Below, in pieces: positions 12,684-23,100 of a DNA stretch of 64,000 nucleotides. The position numbers were made by a program, and so were the translations under genes. The stretch covers positions 222,036 through 286,035 of the forward strand of contig NIVC01001462.1 in assembly GCA_002269645.1 (NCBI GenBank), in the 5' to 3' direction. Numbering within the stretch: the stretch's first letter is position 1; every line of letters begins with the position of its first letter. This stretch comes from Macrostomum lignano. Its lineage: Eukaryota. The notes under the pieces were generated by a model. That model was given only the letters and a program-made list of their open reading frames with translations. It was not told the origin of the DNA and ran no database searches.

Positions 12684-14829
12684 GGCTGATAACTTTTGGT
12701 CTTTATTTTCTTGTTCAGCAGAACATAAATTGTACATAAGAAAATTTAGAAGTAACAAATTCTTACATAGACTTAGAACTGCGATTCGTGGTGTTACGCC
12801 TTACGCCGTTACGGTGAAAACAGTCAAAGCAGAGCTAGAGACGATCAATCAAAACTTACAAGCGTGAAGTTCGTATATTATTTAGAATACGAACATATAT
12901 ATCGAATATATATCCAAGACATGGAATCTGCAAATAGTTTACAAATGAACTGTCTTTTAAAGACTGCAGAAATACGGCTGACGAAGAGCACTGCACACAG
13001 CTATAAGTTCCTTATTTCCGCGCCTAGCTATTCAGCCGCGAAATCGAAAATCGCCGTTCTAGGAATAAGTGTTATTTAAAAACGCGCGCTTAATTTAGTA
13101 TAACAAATTAAAAGCACGCAAGCAAGCAATCAAGTAAAAGTCTTGATTATTTAGGACAAGATATTTAAAAGTTTCTTAATGTGAAACTTAATGACTTTAA
13201 AGCGCATTTTATCGTGCTAAAACAAGCACCCACTGCACTGGCATATAACCTTAATACTGAAACCACTGAAAACTGAACTGAAATCGATTTTTAAAGAATA
13301 CAATATAATGGAGCTAGGCAATAGTATAGCCTGATTTGGCTTTTTTATAATGTATAATACGTACTGTAATTGCTTTAAATGGGCATTAGTACCTATTCGA
13401 CCATTTCCTTAAAGGAATTTTGACCATGCATAAAATTACCATGCATAGGCCTAAAATATGGCTGACACTGACATATAAGACAATAAAAAAAGTGCTAGGC
13501 CTAACACAACAGACTTAGCAGTCTTAGCTCAGGGTATGGCCTATCTGGGTTTGGCCTGTGTTTGCATCAAAAAAATTTAAATAGGCCTAAAATTCTGCAA
13601 ACTTGAACATATCATTGTATGTAGTGCTCAATGCTGTGCTAGTAGAGTTAAGGTTGAAGTAAGGTCTATATAATATAGACTAAAAACTAAAATATAAAAA
13701 TCTTACCTTAGTAAGCCTTGGCTGCTTTGCTGTTTGCTTGGTTTTCTGCCTGAATTATATTCTGGGCTTATCAGGTTAGGTTGTATATTCTATATTAGTA
13801 TGTATTTTAATTAGACCTAGGGCCTAGCTAATTTAATTAGGCCTAAGCTAAGCTAAGAAATTGAGTTGATTGATATATTTACTAGGCCTACTAGGCCTAC
13901 TAGGCCTAGCCTATAATATAAGCATTAGACTTGGTTGTAAAATCTAGATTCTAGATTTTTATACCTAGCTTACCTAACCAATTCCTATTTACTAAGACAA
14001 TTTTTCTTGATTTAATTTGTTCCATTAGGGCCTAGGACTAGGTTGGTTTCATCTTTTCATTTACTGATTTGGTATAGCCCCTAATTACCCAAATATGACA
14101 ATGCCACTTTTGTATTCTTTTATACCAATCAAGTTTTTAAGCTAAAATATTTTTTTATCTTTAGTTTTGACTTATAACATAGCTAATACATAGGGCTACC
14201 TATCAAAAATAAAACCAACTGAATCTGAATTTCAACATAGCTATAGTCTAGATCATGCTAGTGCATACTTAGTTGCCTACATAGCCACACTCTCAAGTCT
14301 AAACTAGTCATAATATTGCAATAATAAATGACTTTTTTGCATTATGACAATAAATGACCTTTTTGTGCTATATCAAAGACCCTTTTAGCTGATATTATTT
14401 ATCTTTCTTGCTTATCCTAATTATAACAAAAAACTAGCAATCTTTGCCCCCCCCATAAAGGATATCTAGATAGAATCTTTGTTCTTTACAAGTAAAAAAT
14501 AGACAACAAAAAATCCCAAGACAGCAAACATCCCAGACAACAGCATGTAAATATCTCCTAAATAGCAAGCATCCCCCAAATAGCAAGCTCCTCCCTAAAT
14601 ACAATAGGCCCTAGCAAAAAGCATCTTCTAGATAGCAAACCCCCTCTCAGATAAAAAGTACCCTCTATCCCAAGAGCAAGCATCCTCTAATATTAAGTTA
14701 TCTCATATAGCAAGCATCTTTCCAATAGCAAACATCCCCCTAATAGCAATAATCTATCCTTAAATATCAAGCATCTACCAAGACAACAAGTAGCTAGTGC
14801 AATAATATCATTAGCTTTATAGTGGCTCC

Positions 14830-15500
14830 TTTATGTCAGGCATGAAGCTTCTTTTTACATTTGAAATGGTGTTTCTTTATGTTTGACATGATGGCTCTTT
14901 TATGCTTGACATGGTGGCTCTTTAATTTTTGACATGGAGTCACATATATGTTTGACATGGAGTCACATATATGTTTGACATGGAGTCACATATATGTTTG
15001 GCATAGAGTCACATATATGTTTGACATTGAGTCACGTATATGTTTGACATGGAATCATGTATATATTTTACATGGTGGCTCTTTTATGTTTGACATGGCT
15101 CTTTAGTGTTCAACATGGTGGCTCTTTAATGTTTGACATGGTGGCTCTTTAATGTTTGACACAGTGGCTCTTTTATGCTTGACATGGTGGCTCTTTAATT
15201 TTTGACATGGAGTCACATATATGTTATGTTTGACATGGAGTCACATATATGTTTTACATGGTGGCTCTTTTATGGTTGACATGGTGGCTCTTTATGTTTG
15301 ACATGGTTGCTCTTTAATGTTCAGCATGGTGTCACTTCAATGTTTACATGGAGTCATGTATATGTTTGACAAGGTTACTCTTTAATGTCTGACAAGGAGT
15401 CACAAATATGTTTGACATGAAGTCATATATATGTCTGACATGGTAGCTCTTTAATGTTTGACATGGAGTCACATAAATGTTTTACATGGTGGCTTTTTAT
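14830..15500. repeat. ~23-bp degenerate minisatellite
   Basis: Unit GTTTGACATGGTGGCTCTTTAAT and variants. Confidence 0.85.
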
Positions 15501-17051
15501 GTTTGTAATTGTAATTGTAAAATCAATTGGCAATTAGTGACTAACAATAAAAGTGTTGTAGAACTTGCAGCATGATAATTGATAAATAAATAATATAATT
15601 TTAATGATAATTAGTAATTACCAACTCATTATAAAGTATATATATATATGGTGAAGGCTATTTTTTATCTAAAAACTTGTTTTAAGAAAGAAAATATGTT
15701 TTTTCACCCTTGTTGACCAAAAAATGAAGTATTTATCATTTCTTTCTATAAAAATTACATCACTATTTCATTCATTTTAAAGAAATTTTGATTGTTTGCA
15801 TGTTCAAAATTTCAAAAGTATTGGACTATTGATAAAATTTGAAAATTTTATCAAAAGTTACCAAAGTCTAATATTGTCAAAAAAGTATTGGCTTCTAATA
15901 CTCCGATACCCAAAATGTATTGCCAATAGTATTGGAGTATCAGAGTATCGGAATTATGCCCAAAACTGACAATAATCCATGTCTCAGCTAGTGCAATAAT
16001 ATTAGTACTAATGAATATATAGCTTTCCATTTTTGAGATTTGGGTTCCTTGAATTAAAGATTAACAATTGGAACTCTATGAGTATAAGTTCTAGTTCTAA
16101 GGATCTTGGTTTAGGATAACAAAGTTTAAGGTATTTTTTATTCATTTTATTTAATTTTTATTTGAGTCACTATGGTAATTATCCTATATAATTTTAGCTA
16201 CTTGGTTATTAACAAGTTAACTATTTTTAAGTATGGTCTTTTGTTAAAAAGGTGAATTGATTATTAAAATTGCCTTGGAATTTTGAGTTTAATTTATCTC
16301 AAAATTGTGTAGACTAATTAAGAAGCCCAATAAACTAATGATATATAAAGTCTTTTGTGATTTTTCAACATAGCTACAACCACACCAGACATTCTTTATT
16401 ATTGCTTTTGTTGTGCTATGTGGAACAGTGGGCATGCAAAAAGGAATGGCCCATTAGAGTTCTATGGTCAAGTGTTTAAATTAACTTGAGAAAACAAGCC
16501 ATAGACATCTCAATTGGTCATGCTATATGGAACAATGAGCCAGAATAAAAGGAATGGTTTGAGTTTTTCTACAATGACAACAAGACGCTTTCATTTTCTA
16601 TTGGTTAGTCAAGTTAAGCTATATGTAGCTTGTATAATAGGTCCACAAATATCTATACGCAATGGATGACATATCGCTGCCACCTTGCCCTTCAAGGAAA
16701 TTCAAAAAAGGCATATGAGTTTTTTTATTAAGAGTATAAAATTCTTTTGTTCACCGCATTTGGTCAACATTTGTACAGGCCAGCAGGTTAGAAGCTGTCA
16801 CTTAGCTGATTACTGCCATCAACTGGACCCTAATGGAAACTGAGCAATTTTGATGGATGGCTTGAGTTTTCACTGTAGCATATGGCGATCCCAGATCAGA
16901 ACATCAGAACAGAATTTCAACATGAATCCTGATGGAGTGACACTTGAGCAGTGGAGATTCATGTTATTTGAGTGAGAGGCGGCTGAAGCTGTTGGCCAAG
17001 CAATCACTGCTGACAGTGTGCTGGCTAGGAGCTGCACTGCAACCAATATTG

Positions 17052-18021
17052 TGTTGTATCCCCCTTCCTCGCTGGCACGGCCGGGTTGGGCGACGGGTAG
17101 CGGTGTCGGGGTTCGGGTACTAGACTGCCCAGGGCTTACGAGCTCGATCGGCGACCCCGAGGCGTACGGACACTTCGGGGGGAGGTCAAGGTTGAGAAGT
17201 CGAGAGAGAGGGGAGGGGCGGCTGTGGGCGGGCGGCCACTCGACAGCCTGGTGAGTCAAGGAAGAGAGAGAGGGCTGCGGGCGGTCGGCCACTCGACAGC
17301 CTGGTGAATCAAGGAAAAGAGAGAGGGCTGTGGGCGGGCGGCCACTCGACAGCCTGGTGAGTCAAGGAAGAGAGAGAGGGCTGCGGGCGGTCGGCCACTT
17401 GACAGCCTGGTGAGTCAGACTGAGGAGAGAGTGAGAGAGAGAGAGATCAGGAGAGTGACCCCAAGGAACACAGGCAATTGTCTCGACAGCTTACCGGGCC
17501 GGGTCGATTATAGCACTCATACACGGGAAGGCCGATCAATTGCAATAAATTGAGTCTTCGCAGTAAGAGACCATCTTTATGGTTGATCGCTGGTCACGTT
17601 CGTTTATTTATCGCAGTGGGCGCAAATGGGCGCAGGCATGGTGAGAAAAGGGGCGGGGTCTGAGCGTCGCCTTAAATAACGAGTAAAAAGGGGCAGGGGC
17701 GCAAACAAGGGGGGGGGGAGAAAGGGCTTAAACAATGGAGCTGATTGACAGCTGATTGGCTGCGGCGAGGGGAGGGTGGAAGCGCGCACGGCCAGGGAGA
17801 GGGAGAGAGAGCAGAGGCCCAGCCAATCAGCACGGCTAGCCAAAGGGCTAAACAGCCAAGGCGAGAGAGAGAGAGAGAGAAAGAGAGCAGAGGCTCAGCC
17901 AAAGGGCTCATAGCTCCAGACTGGCTTGAGCCGGGGGGGGGGTAACAATAATCAACTACCAAAGTCAACAACTATCAAAGTGCACTTGCACCAAGGGAGC
18001 ACTGTGACACAGGTCACAACA
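17052..18021 (-). mobile_element. Solo LTR (970 bp) containing an SL-like sequence
   Basis: TGTTGT...ACAACA termini, 4-bp TSD ATTG (17048-17051 and 18022-18025), GC-rich against AT-rich flanks, internal ~55-bp repeats at 17225-17420. Confidence 0.8.
17541..17582 (-). other. Spliced-leader-like sequence (42 nt)
   Basis: CCATAAAGATGGTCTCTTACTGCGAAGACTCAATTTATTGCA, compared with the M. lignano SL as I recall it (CCGTAAAGACGGTCTCTTACTGCGAAGACTCAATTTATTGCATG): two CpG-type transitions and a broken terminal ATG. Confidence 0.75.
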
Positions 18022-18700
18022 ATTGCTTGAACCGTGTTTGTAGCAACATCTGTTTTACTTGTAAGAGTTGACTTTTTAAAGTTTTGATGATTTTAATTTG
18101 TGACAAAATAGGTTTTATTTATATTAGTTTTTATTCTTTTTATAAATAAAACTCAAATTGTTCTTTCTATTCTGGCTCATTATTCCATATAGCATGACAA
18201 ATTGAGTTGTCTGTGGCTTGCTTTCTCAAGTTAATTCAATTGCTTAACCATAGAATTCTATAGGCCGTTCCATTTTGCATGTCCCCTGTTCCACATAGCA
18301 CGACAAAAGCAATATTACTTCTGTTAAGTAGTATAAAATGTATGTGCATGTAGTATGCATAGGCAAAGTACACTATTTTATTGCCTATTTTGACAAGTTG
18401 TCTTTTTAAAAACTTTCGAAGCTTTTATTCAGTCACCATAAACTGGCCCAGTGGCTCCCGAAAGTCAATTAGACCATACTAGCCTTGTTTTAAGACAGAA
18501 CTGACTCAATAAAACTCAACAGTATTAAAATCTTGTCTGGTAGAAATCGCGTGCAGAAATACTTTTGAAACAAAAATATCTGTAGAAGAGAGACACATGA
18601 ACTTCAGTCAATACACCAAACTGTATATAGTATATTTGATAACAATTTTCGATTTTTTCCTGCAGTTAGTATAGCAGACAGTTCAGTAACAATAGACTGT

Positions 18701-19039
18701 CTAAAGGCTTGTGTTGCCACGTTTCAATAGCAGTCCTTGACGAGCCAGCTTGTCGCGAGTTGAAGCTGTCATGGCAAGCCAGTCGTCTGCTGTAGGACTG
18801 ACGCAGCGTATCTGACGGTATTCTAGTCGAAGATAGATTATTTCTGTGTCGATTCTTCGTCTAGCTTCGAGCTTGCGCCGATTAATCAAGTCCAGTTGGT
18901 GCTGAAACGAATGCTGAATCACTTCGCGAACTTTACCGGCCGCTGTTAGTTCGCGCCTGCTCCATCCGTTAAAGCTGTTACTGCCGCCGCCTCGTTTAGC
19001 AGCCATTGCTTCCCAATGCTTCACTGGAATGCTTGACAT
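18701..19039 (-). CDS. Small hypothetical protein (112 aa, helical/basic)
   Basis: ATG at 19039 preceded by an AG acceptor, non-repetitive ORF, divergent from NEK1. No family recognised. Confidence 0.45.
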   Translation of the reverse strand: MSSIPVKHWEAMAAKRGGGSNSFNGWSRRELTAAGKVREVIQHSFQHQLDLINRRKLEARRRIDTEIIYLRLEYRQIRCVSPTADDWLAMTASTRDKLARQGLLLKRGNTSL

Positions 19040-19537
19040 GCTTAACCTGTTTCCTTGACAATAGCCGGCGTTTTGGGTGATAGAGCAGAAGTATAGAGAT
19101 TCGGGTTTGAGTCTAAGCTGCATACTAATAAGCCGTATAAATATGGAATGCTCAATGCAGCCCGTTCCCATGCCAAACCGGGATGAGTGGTAAATTTTGA
19201 ATTGAACCGTTAGTCATTGGCTGCTGCTGAGCTGTACTTTCTCTTACAGAGAGTAGAAACGAAGGGTATCTTGAGAGACAGATACAATGACAATGTCACT
19301 GGAATAGGAACTGCATCAAGTCAGAATTTGCATTCGTCAGGAATTTAGTATCGTGAATAAATACTCCAATCCAATAGCTGGGGACGAAATCAAAGGTGTG
19401 CAAAACCAATAGGCAAATTTGGAATACGGAAAGTGAGTTGCAGGTACGGAGTGACAAACAGACTCTAGCTGCAAGATAATGGCAGATTGGAAATCGACTA
19501 GAATATGCCTAGCTCACAGATGAAACTGAGGCTACAT

Positions 19538-19693
19538 GCGCAACCTTGGGATTCACCCGGCCGTTTCTATTGGCAACACACACATGTAAGTCGCTATTGG
19601 CTGAGAGCAGTCACGTGACTACTATTCCGTCCAATAGCGACTTACATGTGTGTGTTGCCAATAGAAACGGCCGGGTGAATCCCTAGGTTGCGC
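19538..19693. promoter_or_regulatory. Near-perfect foldback with CCAAT boxes and central E-box
   Basis: 63-bp arms (19538-19600 and 19631-19693) with one mismatch; the loop holds AGTCACGTGACT; each arm has two ATTGG/CCAAT motifs. Confidence 0.6.
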
Positions 19694-20127
19694 CCAAGCA
19701 TGGGACTCGATGCGATCTAATCTGACAATAGTGTACAAGTGCCCATTTAAAAGATAAGAAAGATTGGCAGGTATCGTCGTTTAATCTTCGAACTTTGAGT
19801 TTAAACCAAGAACAGGTCACAGAGGAAAAGCTTTATGCTTCTTGGGGTCCATGACATTTCGTCCAACGGATACCTTTGACCGAAAGGTTGAGGTGCAAGA
19901 AAGTAAACTTTCTCCAAATAAAGTTTTACTCAAAGCTTGACTCGTTTTAAACTAGATTGTCAAACAATGGAATTATTTTTGCAGAAAGTAGACAATTTTT
20001 AATTGTTTGAAGCGTTTGAATTAAGAAAAAAACGTCCAAATCTTGTTCATGCTAAGCAACAGGTATATTCGAAGGTAGCCCTCGTCATCTAGAATAAAGT
20101 AATTTTTGTGGAGTCAGTCATCAGAAG

Positions 20128-23100
20128 ATGTCCTGTCCATCAGCCTACGAATTTATTCGACGCATAGGCAAAGGCGCTTTCGGCAATGCCACACTAATTC
20201 GACGAAAATCAGATGGCTGTCAATGTGTTTTAAAAGAGATTTTGCTTAGCACTCTCAAAGACAAGCGCGAACAGAACTGGGCCCGCCAGGAGGTGCAATT
20301 GTTGCGCTCGTTTGAGCATCCCGGTATCGTTCGCTATTTTGATTCGTTTGTTCTGCCCACCTCACTGTGCATCGTTATGGAGTTTTGCGACGGCGGAGAC
20401 TTGTGCGATCGAATTGACAATCAAAAAATGCCTTTTGCCGAAGAGTTAATAATGGATTGGTTTGCTCAGCTCTGTCTGGCCTTGAAGTATATTCACGATA
20501 GGAGAATTATTCATAGGTATGCGATGCTAATGAATATAAGCGCTCTGTATTTAATGCATAGATACTATCTCTGAAGATATGTATATGCGACACAAAGGAG
20601 AGATTACGTTATTCCATCAGTCCATCGAAGGACCAGAGGGATTGTCAGCAGCCTATCGAAGGACCAGAGGGGGTTGTCAGTGGCCTATCGAAGGACCTGA
20701 GGGGTTGTCAGCAGCCTATCGAAGGACCTGAGGGGGTTGTCAGTGGCCTATCGAAGGACCAGAGGGGGTTGTCAGCAGCCTATCGAAGGACCTGAGGGGT
20801 TGTCAGTGGCCTATCGAAGGACCAGAGGGGGTTGTCAGCAGCCTATCGAAGGACCAGAGGGGGTTGTCAGAAGCCAATCGAAGGACCAGAAGGGGTTGTC
20901 AGAAGCCTATCGAAGGACCTGAGGGTTTGTCAGTGGCCTATCGAAGGACCAGAAGGGGTTGTCAGAAGCCTATCGAAGGACCTGAGGGTTTGTCAGTGGC
21001 CTATCGAAGGACCAGAAGGGGTTGTCAGAAGCCTATCGAAGGACCTGAGGGTTTGTCAGTGGCCTATCGAAGGACCTGAGGGGTTGTCAGTGGCCTGTCG
21101 AAGGACCTGAGGGGTTGTCAGCAGCCTATTGAAGGACCAGAGGGGTTGTCAGAAGCCTATCGAAGGACCAGAAGGGGTTGTCAGAAGCCTATCGAAGGAC
21201 CTGAGGGTTTGTCAGTGGCCTATCGAAGGACCTGAGGGGTTGTCAGTGGCCTATCGAAGGACCAAAAGGGGTTGTCAGTGGCCTATCGAAGGACCTGAGG
21301 GTTTGTCAGTGGCCTATCGAAGGACCTGAGGGGTTGTAAGTGGCCTATCGAAGGACCTGAGGGGTTGTCAGCAGCCTATCAAAGGACCAGAGGGGGTTCC
21401 CAGCGGCCTATCGAAGGACCAGAAGGGGTTGTCAGAAGCCTATCGAAGGACCAGAGGGGGCTGTTAGCAGCCTATCGAAGGACCTGAGGGGTTGTCAGCA
21501 GCCTATCGAAGGACCAGAGGGGGTCGTCATCGGATTTTTTAAGAGTTAGAGACATAAACTTATAGTGTATAACTATTTTACGAGTAAAATGACTATTAAA
21601 GTCAATGATAAACTTAACACTAATCTATCAACAGGGACATCAAACCGAAGAACATATTCCTAATGCGCAATGGAAAAGTTATTAAGCTTGGCGATTTTGG
21701 CGTTGCAAAAACTCTGGATTTTACTCAGCAACTTGCCGTAACAGGCATTGGCACGGCTAATTATTTGAGTCCTGAGATTGTGAAGGGAGAGGCCTACAAT
21801 AACAAGACTGATATCTGGTCCATGGGCTGCGTCCTGTACGAGTTGCTGGCTCTGAGAATTGCATTCTGTGCCAGAAATGTCAAGACGCTCTACATGAATA
21901 TTAAATTGGGAGCATTGTCGCCTTTGCCAACAAGATACAGTGCGGAATTGCGCGCGATCTGCACCGCTATGCTGAGGAAGAATCCCAAGTGAGTGAAATA
22001 CGTTTAAGTTCATTTTTTGCTACTGACAGTAGCATAATTTATTGCTGTCCTTAACTTGTCTCCATTTGTGATGACATACACGCATTTTATATGTAGACTG
22101 TGTGTACAGTTTCTGTACTGCAGGAAAGTCCACGGAAATTCCATGGAGCTCAAAAGACCAACTTAAGCGCCTCTGTGTGTACATGTACATGTACACAGTA
22201 ATTAAACTTGCTCTAAATAACTTTCACTTGTTTTTTCTAATTGCAGAGATCGTCCAGGAGTTGGAGCTCTGCTAAAGAGAGACTGCTTGCGCCCGGCACT
22301 GCTCAAGACAGTGTCCATAGATGTGAGATGGTTATTGGGATTAGTATGAATTTGGGATGTGATTTTTGTGATCAGTATAGATTTGGATTATTGGGATCAA
22401 TATAGGTTTTGGGATTTTTGGGATCAGTACATATTTGGGATTATTGGGGTCAGTATAGATTTGGGATTATTGGGATCATTAGGGTCAGTATTTATTTGGA
22501 ATTATTACGGTCAGTATAAATTTGGGATTATTGGGATCAGTACAGATTTGGGATTTTTGGGATCAGTATAGATTTGGGATTATTGGGATCAGTACAGATT
22601 TGGATTATTGGGATCAGTATGGATTTGGATTATTGGGATCAGTACAGATTTGGATTATTGGGATCAGTATGGATTTGGATTATTGGGATCAGTACGGATT
22701 TGGATTTTTAGGATCAGTACGGATTTGGATTTTTAGGATCAGTACGGATTTGGATTATTGGGATCAGTACAGATTTGGATTATTGGGATCAGTATGGATT
22801 TGGATTATTGGGATCAGTACAGATTTGGATTATTGGGATCAGTATGGATTTGGATTATTGGGATCAGTACAGATTTGGATTATTGGGATCAGTATGGATT
22901 TGGATTATTGGGATCAGTACAGATTTGGATTATTGGGATCAGTATGGATTTGGATTATTGGGATCAGTACGGATTTGGATTTTTAGGATCAGTACGGATT
23001 TGGATTATTGGGATCAGTACGGATTTGGATTTTTAGGATCAGTACGGATTTGGATTATTGGGATCAGTACAGATTTGGACTATTGGGATCAGTATGGATT

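Larger units (their letters stand above)
16401..18313. mobile_element. Non-autonomous TIR element (~165-bp inverted arms) interrupted by a solo LTR
   Basis: 16401-16567 is the reverse complement of 18147-18313 (ATTGCTTTTGTTGTGCTATGTGGAAC...). TSD and superfamily not resolved. Confidence 0.7.

Noticed and set aside
11667-12758. Stand-alone 363-aa gene starting at 12758
   Set aside because: The 5' part lies in an apparent intron (GTAAGA...TTATCAG) before gccATG at 12683, and the 3' end has a consensus donor at 11684.
17495-17582. Functional SL RNA gene
   Set aside because: No ATG|GT donor directly after the leader, no recognisable Sm site downstream, and the sequence lies inside a TSD-flanked LTR.
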